Assembly (NCBI GenBank): GCA_965261385.1
Contig: CBDHDB010000001.1
Coordinates: 737,145-801,144, forward strand
From: Dehalococcoidia bacterium
GTDB lineage: Bacteria > Chloroflexota > Dehalococcoidia > Lucifugimonadales > Australimonadaceae
Direction: 5' to 3'
DNA: 64,000 nucleotides
Below are positions 1 to 12,030 of the stretch, one piece after another. The notes under the pieces were generated by a model. The model saw only the letters and a list, made by a program, of their open reading frames with translations. It was not told where the DNA came from and did not search any database. Numbering within the stretch: position 1 is the first letter of the stretch; each line of letters starts with the position of its first letter. Both the position numbers and the translations under genes were made by a program.

Positions 1-688
1 CGCGGCGGCGCTTGGCTTGGCGTTCCTGCGTCCCCCGGAGCTGCGACCGAAAGGCGTGGTCGGCAAGCGGGCCGGAGTGCGCGTCGGGGCCTTAGCGCTA
101 GCCGTATTCGTAGTCCTCCTCATTGCCCTGCCGGTGGCGACGCGGCTCACGGACGCCCCGCTGGTCGCCGTGGCCGATAGCTTCTACCGATCTGGGTCGC
201 TCGTATTCGGCGGGGGTCACGTCGTGCTGCCGCTGCTGGAGGCGGAGGTCGTCCCGCCCGGTTGGGTGACGAAGGACGAGTTCATCGCGGGGTACGGCGC
301 GGCCCAAGCTGTGCCGGGCCCGCTGTTCACCTTCTCGTCTTACCTGGGGACGGTGATGGACGTTCTCACGCCCCGATGGCTTGGAGGCCTGCTCGCGCTC
401 GCGGCAGTGTTTGCGCCTTCGTTCTTGCTGGTCATGGGTGTGTTGCCGTTCTGGGAGCGGTTGCGAGATGTCGCGCGAATCAGACAGGGACTGATGGGCG
501 TGAACGCGGCGGTGGTGGGGCTGCTGCTCGCTGCGCTCTACGATCCGGTGTGGACCAGCGCAATCGAGACGCCGGAGGACTTCGCCCTGGCGGCGGCTGC
601 GTTCGCGCTGCTGGCGTTCTGGAAAGCGCCGCCCTGGCTGGTCGTCCTGCTGACCGCCGCCGTGGGTGCGCTCCTCGCGTTGAACTAG
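1..688 (+). CDS. chrA: Chromate transporter (CHR family), 5'-truncated by window edge
   Basis: The ORF 17..688 frame stays open back to base 2. It carries the CHR-family motifs GGGHVVLPLL and AGYGAAQAVPGPLFTFSSYLG and several hydrophobic helices. Confidence 0.7.
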   Translation, partial: AAALGLAFLRPPELRPKGVVGKRAGVRVGALALAVFVVLLIALPVATRLTDAPLVAVADSFYRSGSLVFGGGHVVLPLLEAEVVPPGWVTKDEFIAGYGAAQAVPGPLFTFSSYLGTVMDVLTPRWLGGLLALAAVFAPSFLLVMGVLPFWERLRDVARIRQGLMGVNAAVVGLLLAALYDPVWTSAIETPEDFALAAAAFALLAFWKAPPWLVVLLTAAVGALLALN

Positions 689-777
689 AACGACGCCCCC
701 TCCCGTCTGCGGAAGCTGTCGCGCGAAGCGCGGGGGAGGTGTAGGGCCGCGCGCCGTCGCCTTGGTAAACTGACGGT

Positions 778-1878
778 ATGGAGATTGAGACGACGCCCGG
801 CGGGTTGGCGGTGGTGCGAGAGCATGTGGAGCAGTGGGAAGCGGAACGCCTCTCGCCCAACGCGAGTCTCAGCGCCCGGTCGAAGGGCCGTCCCACGCCG
901 GAGCCGTTGGACGACCTACGCACCGAGTTCCAGCGGGACCGCGATCGCGTCATCCACACCAACTCGTTCCGCAGACTCAAGCATAAGACGCAGGTGTTCA
1001 TAGCGCCCGTCGGCGACCACTTCGTAACCCGGCTAACGCACACGCTGGAAGTGACGCAGATCGCGAGGACCATCGCCCGCGCGCTCCGGTTGAACGAGGA
1101 CCTGGCGGAGGCCGCCGCTCTGGGGCACGACATCGGCCATACGCCCTTCGGACATATCGGCGAGCAGGTGCTGGACCGGTTGCGGCCCGACGGCTTCCGG
1201 CACAACGAGCAGAGCCTCAGGACCGTCGACAAGCTCGAAAAGGACGGCGCGGGACTCAACTTGACCTACGAAACGCGGCAAGCCATCCTCCACCACTCCA
1301 AGCCTCGCGGCGACTTCCTGTACGCGGCCGAGCTGGACAATCTCACCCTCGAAGCGCAAGTGGTGCGCGTGTCGGACGCGATTGCCTACCTCGCCCACGA
1401 CATCGGCGACGCGATGAGGGCCGGTGTGCTCGACGAGTCCGACTTGCCCTCTAGCGCGCGGGAAGTCCTCGGCTCGCGCCACTCCCAACGGCTCGATGTC
1501 ATGGTCAGGGACGTGGTCGCGGCCTCGTGGGCGGCCGCAGGCTACGATGCCAACGAGGGGGGGCCGAGGCCACGGCTGACCATGAGCGCGGAGGTCGCGC
1601 GGGTCGTCACCGAGCTGCGGGAGTTCATGTACGACAGGGTGTACGAACCGGCGGGGGCCGGGCCGGAAGGAGAGAACGCGAGGGTCATCGTCGAGTTCCT
1701 CTACGAATACTTCCTTGCGCATCCCGATGAGGTCCCGGAGCGCTACCACGCGCCAGGCGAGCCTGCCGACCGCGCCGCTATCGACTACATCGCCGGGATG
1801 ACGGACCAGTTCGCTCTGCACACCGCGGAGAGCCTGCGGCCGGGCATCGCCTCGGACGTCTTTGCCGGTCGGGTCTAG
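778..1878 (+). CDS. dgt: dGTP triphosphohydrolase-like HD-domain phosphohydrolase
   Basis: FQRDRDRVIHTNSFRRLKHKTQVF followed by the HD motif LGHDIGHTPFGH is the typical Dgt-like N-terminus. The ORF is 366 aa. Confidence 0.85.
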   Translation: MEIETTPGGLAVVREHVEQWEAERLSPNASLSARSKGRPTPEPLDDLRTEFQRDRDRVIHTNSFRRLKHKTQVFIAPVGDHFVTRLTHTLEVTQIARTIARALRLNEDLAEAAALGHDIGHTPFGHIGEQVLDRLRPDGFRHNEQSLRTVDKLEKDGAGLNLTYETRQAILHHSKPRGDFLYAAELDNLTLEAQVVRVSDAIAYLAHDIGDAMRAGVLDESDLPSSAREVLGSRHSQRLDVMVRDVVAASWAAAGYDANEGGPRPRLTMSAEVARVVTELREFMYDRVYEPAGAGPEGENARVIVEFLYEYFLAHPDEVPERYHAPGEPADRAAIDYIAGMTDQFALHTAESLRPGIASDVFAGRV

Positions 1879-2681
1879 CGCGGCATCGCAGCGGGGGCGA
1901 CCTCTCCCATCGACGTCGTTACTGCTTGCCCGCTGATCAGCGTTCGCTCGGCGCCCGGCTTTACGTGAACGATTCCGCCCCGGCGCGACGCCTGATAGCC
2001 GACGAGCTCATCCTTCCCCAGTTTCGCCTGCCAGTAGGGCCCGAGCGCGCAGTGCGCCGAGCCCGTGACCGGGTCCTCTGGGATGCCGGAGCGCGGGGCG
2101 AAGAACCGCGATACGAAGTCGTAGCGCGAATCGTCCGAGACTGCGGTGACGGCGACACCCCGCGCCTCGACACGCTCCAGCGCCGCGAGGTCCGGGCGCA
2201 GATCGCGCACCGCGTCCGCGGAGCGGACCTCCACAACATAGTCGTTGCCGGCGCGCCCCACGAATACGGAGTCTTCTCCAAGGGCCTCGGCCAAGCCGTG
2301 AGGAGCGTTTGCCCTTACGACGGGCCGCGTGGGAAAGTCCATGTCGAGCCAGCTGCCGCGCCGCACGACGGCTAGAGGCCCGCTGAGCGTTTGAAAGCGC
2401 GCCGGGGTCTCGGCGTCCAGCAGTCCTTGCTCCCAAAGCACGTGCGCGCTGGCGAGGGTCGCGTGCCCGCACAGGTCCATCTCCATAGTCGGGGTAAACC
2501 AGCGCAGCCGAAAGCCCCCGTCCTCGGGGTGCAGGAACGCCGTCTCGCTCACATTCATCTCCGCGGCGACCAGCTGCATCCAAGCAGCGTCGACGGGGCC
2601 GTCTAGCGGGCAGACGACGGCGGGGTTGCCGGTGAAAGGGCGTGAAGCGAATGCGTCGACGTGTAAGAGACGGATACTCAT
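1875..2681 (-). CDS. PhzF-family epimerase/isomerase
   Basis: MSIRLLHVDAFASRPFTGNPAVVCPL is a PhzF-like N-terminus and GSAHCALGPYW a PhzF-like C-terminal motif. I placed the start at the internal ATG at 2681 rather than the ORF-track start at 2729. Confidence 0.8.
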   Translation of the reverse strand: MSIRLLHVDAFASRPFTGNPAVVCPLDGPVDAAWMQLVAAEMNVSETAFLHPEDGGFRLRWFTPTMEMDLCGHATLASAHVLWEQGLLDAETPARFQTLSGPLAVVRRGSWLDMDFPTRPVVRANAPHGLAEALGEDSVFVGRAGNDYVVEVRSADAVRDLRPDLAALERVEARGVAVTAVSDDSRYDFVSRFFAPRSGIPEDPVTGSAHCALGPYWQAKLGKDELVGYQASRRGGIVHVKPGAERTLISGQAVTTSMGEVAPAAMPR

Positions 2682-2762
2682 GCCCTTCTTTCTATCAGAA
2701 CGTGGGCGCCCCTTCACTTGCCACCTCACGAGTGGCGTGACTCTAGAATCTGAGTTTTCGCT

Positions 2763-4601
2763 ATGAGCACAGCCGACGACATCAAAGCGCGCCTCGACAT
2801 CGTTGATGTGGTCTCCGACTACGTCCCCGATCTGAAGCGTTCAGGCAAGAACTACCACGCTCGCTGTCCCTTCCACCAGGAGCGGACGCCGTCGTTCGTC
2901 GTGTTCCCGGACCGTCAGACGTGGCGCTGTTTCGGCGCGTGCGCGGTCGGCGGCGACGTCTTCTCGTTCGTCATGAAATCCGACGGCGTTGACTTCACCG
3001 GAGCGCTCCGGTCGCTGGCCGACCGGGCGGGGGTGAAGCTCGACGAGCGTCGGGCGTCGGAGAGGGCCGAGAGTCCGCTGTACGCGGTCAACGACGCGGC
3101 GCAACAGTTCTTCAGGGACGCGTTCATCGCCGACCGGGGCGCGCAGGCGCGCGCCTACGCCGAGGGGCGGCATCTCACCGAGGAGGCCATCGTGCGGTTC
3201 GGGGTCGGCTACGCCCCGGTCGCCGGAGATGAGCTGCTCCGCAGGCTCACCGCCATCGGCTTCGACCCGACGCTCGTCTTCCAGGCGGGGCTCGCGCTTG
3301 GGGGCGACGAGGACGGCGGCCCCGTGCGGGACATGTTCCGCGGTCGCCTGATGTTCCCCCTGCGAGACGTGAACGGTCGGGTAGCGGGCTTCGCGGGTCG
3401 CACTCTCGACGGCTCCGACCCCAAGTACATCAATACCCCCCAGACCGCCGTCTTCGATAAGGGGCGCATGCTCTACGCGCTCGACCGCGCCAAGGAGTCA
3501 ATCAGCACGGAGGGCTTCGCCGTTGTCGTCGAGGGCTACATGGACGTGATCGCGGCCCACGAGCACGGGCTTCGCAACGTAATCGCGTCGATGGGGACCG
3601 CCCTCACAGGGCAGCAGGTCGCTCTGCTGAAGGCGCGCGCGTCGAGGATTGTCCTCGCCCTCGACGCGGACGCGGCGGGACAGGAGGCGATGCTGCGCAG
3701 CCTGCGCTCGTCGTGGGAGCTTGTCGGGAGCGCGGTGGCGGGCCAGCGGCGCACGGACGTGCTCAGGCGGCCCGACGACCTGGGGTCGCTGAGGGTTGCG
3801 CTGATCACCGGCGGCAAGGACCCCGACGAGCTGATTCGAACGGACGTAAGCCAGTGGCGGCGGCTGATTGCCGAGGCGGTCCCCGCGGTCGAGTTCCTCA
3901 TCGAGGCAGAGGCGGCGCGGCTCGACTTGACGACAGCGCAAGGCAAGTCCGCTGCGGTGGAGCAGCTCTTGCCCATAATCTTCGCCATCCCGAACTGGGC
4001 CGACATGGAGCGCTACTTTCAGCGGCTGGCGGATGTGATTGGCGTTCCCGTCGGGTCGCTCGAGGCGGCCGTGGGACGTATGCGCGGGGAGTTCGCCGCC
4101 AGACGGCAAGCCGCAAGGCCGCGCTCGCGGGAGGAGCAAGTCGAGTCGGTCTTCAAGGTCGCGGAGACCGATCCGCTCGAGGAGCGGGTGCTCGCGCTCC
4201 TCGCTCAGCATCCGGAACATTGGGAGCAGGCGCCCACGGTGGAAGGGCAGCATTTCGTTCGTCCGGAGAACCAGGCCGTATTGAGCGCCATCCAATCTGC
4301 TGCTACAATAGAGGAAGCGCTTGCGCAGCTAGACGGCCCACTCGCCGACCGATTGGTCAGGCTTTCGCAGGAGGCGTTACCTCCGGCCGACAAGAAGCAG
4401 CGCGCGGCGGAATGGCAGGCCTGCTTACGGAGGTTGGAAGAAAGACACCTCCGAGAGTTGAAGGCCCAAGAGGGAGCGGCGTTCGCAGAGGACGCAGCTA
4501 AGGACGCTCCGATTGACCCCGAGTACCTAGAGGCTGTCAGCCGCCAAGCGTTGGAGACCAACCAGCGGCTGCGAGACCTATTTGTCGGCGGTTCGAGCTA
4601 G
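2763..4601 (+). CDS. dnaG: DNA primase
   Basis: CHC2 zinc finger [25 protein letters not shown], Toprim [10 protein letters not shown]...[10 protein letters not shown], and the classic position immediately upstream of rpoD. Confidence 0.95.
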   Translation: [612 protein letters not shown]

Positions 4602-6476
<1,875 letters not shown>

Positions 6477-6503
6477 GTTCCCCTCGCGCAGCGCTTAAAA
6501 ACT

Positions 6504-6534
6504 CCTCTCCCGTCCGTAGCGGAGGCGGGAGAGG
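6504..6534. terminator. Stem-loop between convergent rpoD and a membrane-protein gene (possible bidirectional terminator)
   Basis: A 9-bp perfect stem, CCTCTCCCG (6504-6512) pairing with CGGGAGAGG (6526-6534), sits between two convergent stop codons. Confidence 0.5.
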
Positions 6535-6551
6535 GGCGGTTGGCAGAAGGG

Positions 6552-7349
6552 CTAGGGAGGAGGCGTCGACTCGTCGCTCTCAGGTGGGTCATCCGGCTCC
6601 AAAGGGGGCCGGGGCAGCTCATTCGCTGCCGCTTCCCGGTACTCCTCGAACATCAGCAACTCGACCGCCGCAAACAGCGGCGTGGCCAGGGCCTGCGCCA
6701 AAGATGTCGTCACGATGGTCACCAGCACGTTGCCAGCCAATACGCCGAGGCCGCCGGCGGCGTAGAGAAGGATGAATGAGAAGACTCCTACGAGGAATTG
6801 GATGACGAACGTCCGCCACCAGCGCCCCCCAATGAGCCGCCAGCTGCGGGCCACCGCGGAAGGCACGCTCCGATTCTCCAGGATGATTGCAGGGCCGGTT
6901 AGCGAGATTCGCAGGAGCGCGTAAACGGCGACGATGACGATCAGAGGGCTCGCGAAGGCCGTGAAGCTTGCCGATACAGCGACTGCTATAGCAACCAGTC
7001 CTAGGGCCAGACCGCTTGCGAAGAACCGTGGGCCGAAAGCGATGAGGCCGCTGAGGGCGGCCCCCGCCGTTAACCGCTCCCCACGGGAAGCCAGGACCAC
7101 CAGGTAGGCGGTCGGAGCTAAGGCCCCCAGCGTCGCCGCGGCGACGGGCAAGCCCCATAGGAGAGCCAACGCCGTTGACGTAGGGTTCGCGAGCAGGGCG
7201 AGGAAGTTAGCGGCGAGAGCTCCCACCATCGCGGTCGCAATGAAGGGGACCGCGCCGCGGGCGTACAGCGTCAGCGCGGCGGTAAGGAAGTCCGTAATCG
7301 GGGTAAACTGCTGTCCTTTGGGTTCGCGAGAGAACATGAGCCCGACCAT
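6552..7349 (-). CDS. Polytopic membrane protein, unknown function
   Basis: 265-aa ORF with about 6 hydrophobic helices and an acidic/Pro C-terminal tail. I recognise no catalytic motif. Confidence 0.5.
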   Translation of the reverse strand: MVGLMFSREPKGQQFTPITDFLTAALTLYARGAVPFIATAMVGALAANFLALLANPTSTALALLWGLPVAAATLGALAPTAYLVVLASRGERLTAGAALSGLIAFGPRFFASGLALGLVAIAVAVSASFTAFASPLIVIVAVYALLRISLTGPAIILENRSVPSAVARSWRLIGGRWWRTFVIQFLVGVFSFILLYAAGGLGVLAGNVLVTIVTTSLAQALATPLFAAVELLMFEEYREAAANELPRPPLEPDDPPESDESTPPP

Positions 7350-7469
7350 CGTAGAGGTCTGGCGGTTCCGCCGTCCACAGCCCTACGCTGCGAGATGGCC
7401 CTCCCCTGCGAAATGTCATTGCTATACTCCCCTCTGTCGTTGCCCGAACCGGCGACCCAGAGGAGGACT

Positions 7470-8294
7470 GTGCCGGAGATACCTGACCTCGAAGTGATCC
7501 GCGAGTTCCTGAACGACCGCATCGTCGGCCAGGAGATTGTGCGCGCCGAAGCCCCGAAGGCTTGGATTGTCCGCTCCTCGGCTGCGGAGAGCTTCGTCAA
7601 CGACGTGGTGGGGCGCCGTTTCGGGCCCATCATCCGCAAGGGCAAGGACCTGCTCTTTCCTCTCGACCCGGACCGGGTGCTCGTCGCCAACCTCATGTTG
7701 ACGGGACGCTGGCAGTACACAGAGCCGTCGACCAAGCCTTCCAAGCGCATGTTCTTCCTCCTCGGCACGCCGGATATGGACCTGCGTTACCTAGACGACA
7801 AGTCGATGGGCCGGATCAGCTACCTGCGTCCCGATCAGATTGGACAGATTCAGCGCCTCCAAGACCAAGGCCCGGACGCGCTCGATGCCAGCGTGACGTT
7901 CGAGGACTTCCAAGAGCGCATCAAGCCCTACACCGGCGAGATCAAGGGGGTAGTCGCTCGGGGCAAGCTCGTCGCGGGCATCGGCAACGCGTACGTGGAC
8001 GAAATCCTCTGGGAGGCCGGCATTTCGCCCTTCCGCAAGCGTAAGACGCTCTCGGACGAGGAGCTTCGACAGCTGTTCGACGCAATTCCCAAGGTGCTGA
8101 ACGAAGCGACGGCGGTGGTGCGCGAGCGCATGCCCCCGAAGATCCACGTGAAGGTGCGCGACTTCTTGAAGGTGCACCGCAAGGGCGGGGAGGCGTGCCC
8201 GCGCTGCGGCGCTACGATCTCCGAGATCGGCCCGAACCAGAAGATTACGAGCTGGTGTCGGACCTGCCAGCCGGGCGGGCTGGTGAAGAACTAG
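7470..8294 (+). CDS. mutM: Formamidopyrimidine-DNA glycosylase / Nei family (Fpg)
   Basis: GTG 7470 follows AGGAGG and gives (M)PEIPDLEV, with the catalytic Pro2 as in MPELPEVE. H2TH GIGNAYVDEILWEAGISP and C-terminal zinc finger CPRCGATI...WCRTCQ are present. Confidence 0.85.
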   Translation: MPEIPDLEVIREFLNDRIVGQEIVRAEAPKAWIVRSSAAESFVNDVVGRRFGPIIRKGKDLLFPLDPDRVLVANLMLTGRWQYTEPSTKPSKRMFFLLGTPDMDLRYLDDKSMGRISYLRPDQIGQIQRLQDQGPDALDASVTFEDFQERIKPYTGEIKGVVARGKLVAGIGNAYVDEILWEAGISPFRKRKTLSDEELRQLFDAIPKVLNEATAVVRERMPPKIHVKVRDFLKVHRKGGEACPRCGATISEIGPNQKITSWCRTCQPGGLVKN

Positions 8295-8296
8295 CC

Positions 8297-9232
8297 ATGC
8301 CAGGCTCTATCCAAGTCCCCGCGCCGGACCCGTTCGATTTCGACCTCACCGTCGGACACCAGACCTACTACCGGGGCAAGGCGGGCTCGGACCTCTTCGC
8401 GGATGGCGTGTACTACCGCGCGATGTGGATTGGGAGCGAGGCCATCGCCATGGCGGTGCGCCCCACCGCCGACGGGAAGGCGGTCGCCGTTTCGCTCCCG
8501 AACGGCGGACCTGCCGGCGCGCTCGACACCGCGGCCGTCGAGGCGTCGAGGCTCCTCGGTTTCGATGTCGGCTTGGGCGGCTTCTACGACATCCTCGCGG
8601 ACGACCCGGTGCTGTCCGGCGCCATAGGCCATCTTCGCGGCCTGCGTCTGACCCGTGCGGAGTCGGTCTATGAGGCAGTGGTCCAGGCCATCGCCGCTCA
8701 GCAGATATCGGGCGCGGTCGCCCGTGTCATCCGCGACGGACTGGTGACAACCTACGGCGCCGCAATCGAAGTGGACGGCCACGTCGTCCATGCGTTCCCC
8801 AAGCCGGAGACCATCGTCGAGGCCGGCGTCGACGCGCTCCGGGCGCTCAAGCTCAGCGTCCGGAAGGCTGAGTACATCCTCGGCATCTCGGAGAGGGCAA
8901 TCGACGGTGAGCTCGACTATGGCCTCCTGGACGGCCTGAGCAACGACGAGGTCATCGAGAGGCTCAGCGCAATTCGAGGCGTGGGCCGCTGGACGGTGCA
9001 ATGGGTGCTCATGCGCGCCCTCGGCAGAGTCGACGTCCTGCCCGCGGGCGACCTCGCCCTTCAGCGGACCATCGGGGACCTGTACTTCGACGGCAGGCGG
9101 CTGACGGAGGGGGAGCTTGACGCGTTCGCAGTGGAGCGTTGGAGCCCCTACCGAGGCCTCGCGACCGCCTACCTCTTCGCCCACCTCCGCCAACAGCGAG
9201 CCGAGCGCGAGCAAGCCAAACTCTCTACTTAA
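8297..9232 (+). CDS. HhH-GPD DNA glycosylase (AlkA-like 3-methyladenine glycosylase II)
   Basis: HhH-GPD signature LSAIRGVGRWTVQWVLMRALGRVDVLPAGDLAL. ATG 8297 lies directly after the fpg stop. Confidence 0.75.
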   Translation: MPGSIQVPAPDPFDFDLTVGHQTYYRGKAGSDLFADGVYYRAMWIGSEAIAMAVRPTADGKAVAVSLPNGGPAGALDTAAVEASRLLGFDVGLGGFYDILADDPVLSGAIGHLRGLRLTRAESVYEAVVQAIAAQQISGAVARVIRDGLVTTYGAAIEVDGHVVHAFPKPETIVEAGVDALRALKLSVRKAEYILGISERAIDGELDYGLLDGLSNDEVIERLSAIRGVGRWTVQWVLMRALGRVDVLPAGDLALQRTIGDLYFDGRRLTEGELDAFAVERWSPYRGLATAYLFAHLRQQRAEREQAKLST

Positions 9233-9278
9233 CCCGACGCGGCGGCCGGAGGGGGCGAGAATTCTTTGCTGCGGACCC

Positions 9279-9668
9279 TTAGCTGAAGCGCTGCCAGTCT
9301 TCGTCGAGCGCGTTGACGACGTGCACCGGGATGCCCCGGTGTTTCGCGAGGGTGATTGCGTGGTGAGTCCCGGAGCTGACGCCGTCCCAGACTGCGTAAA
9401 GCTCTTCCACCCGGTCGACGACGGCGGCGTTGCGGTGGGCGAAGTAGTGCAGGTGATGGTTGTAGTCCTCGCCTTCGAAGAGTACCTCCACCTTCAGCCC
9501 GCGCTCCCGCGCTAACCTGACGGCTTCTTCGTCCGTGCCCGGCGCTCCGTTCACGACGACCTCGATGTCGTCAGGGAAGGAATCGACGATCTGCTTGACA
9601 TAGAAACGCCACTGAGGGCTGTGAAGGTCCGAGAACCGCGTGCCTACTATGCCTATGCGCTTGCCCAT
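9279..9668 (-). CDS. Small Rossmann-like (SLOG/DUF2493-like) protein
   Basis: 129 aa with a GIVGTR...NGAPGTDEEA...GT pattern reminiscent of SLOG/DprA-like folds. The assignment is weak. Confidence 0.4.
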   Translation of the reverse strand: MGKRIGIVGTRFSDLHSPQWRFYVKQIVDSFPDDIEVVVNGAPGTDEEAVRLARERGLKVEVLFEGEDYNHHLHYFAHRNAAVVDRVEELYAVWDGVSSGTHHAITLAKHRGIPVHVVNALDEDWQRFS

Positions 9669-9711
9669 CGCTCCCCCTACCAGTTGGAGGATAGCACCGG
9701 CCGTTTGGATG

Positions 9712-11052
9712 CTAGAAGCCAGGCAGGCCCATGCCCGCGAGGCCTCGTTTCTTCCCGGACGCCATCTGTTTCATGAGCTTCTGCATCTGGCGGAACTGGT
9801 TTAAGAGTTGGTTGATGTCAGCGGGAGTTGCGCCGCTGCCGTTGGCGATGCGTTTGCGCCGGCTGCCGTTGATGCGGTCCGGGTGCTGGCGCTCCCACAT
9901 CGTCATGGACGATATCATTGCCTCGGTGCGCCGGAGACGCTTCTCATCCAGCGCGTCGGCGGGCAGCTTGGACCGCAGACCGCGGGCGCCGGGGAGCATT
10001 TCCAGGATGGAGGCCAGCGACCCCATGTTCTGGATCTGCTGTAGCTGCTTGAGGAAATCGTCGAGGTCGAACTGGGCGCGGCGCATCTTGCGTTCGAGCT
10101 CTGCGGCCTGCTCCGTGGTGATTTGCTCTTGAGCGCGCTCGACGAGCGTGACGACGTCCCCCATTCCGAGGATGCGTGACGCCATGCGGTCGGGATGGAA
10201 GGGTTCAAGGGCGTCAGGCTTCTCGCCGGTGCCGGCGAACTTGATGGGCACCCCCGTCACATGGGTCGCGGAGAGCGCCGCTCCACCGCGCGCATCGCCG
10301 TCGAGCTTCGACAGGATGAGGCCTGTGAGGCCGACCCGCGCATTGAACTCGGCGGCGGCGTTCACCGCGTCCTGGCCAGTCATCGCGTCGATGACGAGGA
10401 GCGTCTCCGCGGGCTTCAACGAGTCCTTCATTCGCTGGAGTTCGTCCATCAGGTCCCCGTCGACGTGGAGCCGGCCGCCGGTGTCGACGATGGCCCACTT
10501 CACGCCCATCTCCTTGGCGCGCTTCACGCCGTTCGCCGCCACCTTGGGAGCGTCATCCGGACCGGCTTTCTCTCGGTAGACGGGGATGTCGAGCTGCTTC
10601 CCAAGCGATTCGAGCTGGTCCATAGCGGCAGGCCGGCGGAGGTCCGCCGCGATGAGCAGCGCGCGCTCCTGACGCTTTCGCATGAAGAGGGCGAGCTTGG
10701 CGGCAGCGGTCGTCTTGCCGGAGCCCTGCAAGCCGACCAGCATGATGACGCTGGGCGACGCTGGGGCTACGCATAGCTCTCGGTCGCCCTCCCCGAGCAG
10801 GTCCACGAGGCGGTCGTGTACGAGTTTGACCACCTGCTGGCCCGGCGATACGCCCCGCAACAGACCTTCGCCGGTCGCCTGTTCCTTGACCTTCGCGACG
10901 AACTCGCGGGCGACCTTGAAGTTGACGTCGGCTTCGAGGAGGGCGAGACGAATCTCCCGCAGCGCTTGATCGAGGTCCTCTTCGGTGAGCCTACCCTTGT
11001 TCCTGAGCCGGGAGAAGACGGCGGTGAGCTTATCTGTTAGCGCGTCGAACAT
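9712..11052 (-). CDS. ffh: Signal recognition particle protein
   Basis: NG domain LVGLQGSGKTTAAAKLA and DTGGRLH, plus a Met-rich M domain MGSLASILEMLPG...MTMWERQHPDRINGSRRKRIANGSG. Confidence 0.95.
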   Translation of the reverse strand: MFDALTDKLTAVFSRLRNKGRLTEEDLDQALREIRLALLEADVNFKVAREFVAKVKEQATGEGLLRGVSPGQQVVKLVHDRLVDLLGEGDRELCVAPASPSVIMLVGLQGSGKTTAAAKLALFMRKRQERALLIAADLRRPAAMDQLESLGKQLDIPVYREKAGPDDAPKVAANGVKRAKEMGVKWAIVDTGGRLHVDGDLMDELQRMKDSLKPAETLLVIDAMTGQDAVNAAAEFNARVGLTGLILSKLDGDARGGAALSATHVTGVPIKFAGTGEKPDALEPFHPDRMASRILGMGDVVTLVERAQEQITTEQAAELERKMRRAQFDLDDFLKQLQQIQNMGSLASILEMLPGARGLRSKLPADALDEKRLRRTEAMISSMTMWERQHPDRINGSRRKRIANGSGATPADINQLLNQFRQMQKLMKQMASGKKRGLAGMGLPGF

Positions 11053-11181
11053 GCCTATCTAAGCCTACCGCTCCCGCTGGCTTACGGCCAAGGGGGAGCG
11101 CGACGGCATCGGACCGCCGCCGTGGGGTTGTCCCCGCTGTCGTGTGTGGCAGGGCGGCGGGCCAACCCCACGCTGGCCCCG

Positions 11182-11967
11182 CTAGGCGGGCGCAGGACGG
11201 AAGGCGTTCTGCAGCGTGGGCAGATCGAAGCCTTCGGGCTGCTCGCCCATGACGTAATCGTAGAGCGCCGCCTTGAATACGCCCTCCAGGGCCTGGACGA
11301 CGGAGAGGGCGAACCCTACCAAGACGACGCCCAGCACGATGCCCGCTAGGGGAACAATCAGTGCTAGGAGCAAGGCGGGGATGACGGCGACAACGAACGC
11401 TGCGATGTAGACCAGGAAGAAGCCGAAGGAGGCGGTGAGCTGTCGCCCCCAGGTCTGGCGCACGATGCTAAACGACCGCTTGATGCTGGTGATGGGCCCG
11501 TGATTCTCGGAAACCATTACGGGCACCACGAAGAAGGTGAGGAACTCCCATGCGCCGCCGATGAGACTGACAACAAATTGGGGGAAGCGCCGTTCCAAGG
11601 CGCGGAGCACGATGTTCACCGCCGCTGAGATGATGGCCCACAGCACGATGTGGTGGATATGTCGCATCGCATGGCGTAGACCCGAGCCGATGTCCGGGTC
11701 GCCCCCGCGCAGACGCTCCAAGGCAGCGGAGATCAGCGCCGCGTTGAAGAAAACGGTGACGACGTAGGCCGCCACGAGGAGGATGCCCATCGCAATCATC
11801 GAGGTCTGGCCATCCCCTGACGACGAGGTCAGCACGGCGCCTACCAGCCCGATGGGAATCAGGCCGACGACAGAGAACACGGGGAAGAGAATGAGTTCCC
11901 GGTCCTTCATCAGCACCTCCCAGCTCATACGCATCAGAGCAAAGGTGTGCTTTATTGAGTTGAACAT
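11182..11967 (-). CDS. Membrane protein (DUF6159-like)
   Basis: 261 aa with the N-terminus MFNSIKHTFALMRMSWEVLMKDRELILFP and 5-6 TM helices. Confidence 0.5.
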   Translation of the reverse strand: MFNSIKHTFALMRMSWEVLMKDRELILFPVFSVVGLIPIGLVGAVLTSSSGDGQTSMIAMGILLVAAYVVTVFFNAALISAALERLRGGDPDIGSGLRHAMRHIHHIVLWAIISAAVNIVLRALERRFPQFVVSLIGGAWEFLTFFVVPVMVSENHGPITSIKRSFSIVRQTWGRQLTASFGFFLVYIAAFVVAVIPALLLALIVPLAGIVLGVVLVGFALSVVQALEGVFKAALYDYVMGEQPEGFDLPTLQNAFRPAPA

Positions 11968-12030
11968 AAGAGAGTCCTCCAGAGGCGAAGCGTAACTGGC
12001 CGGAGCATATATTGCCGCGAGCCAAGATGC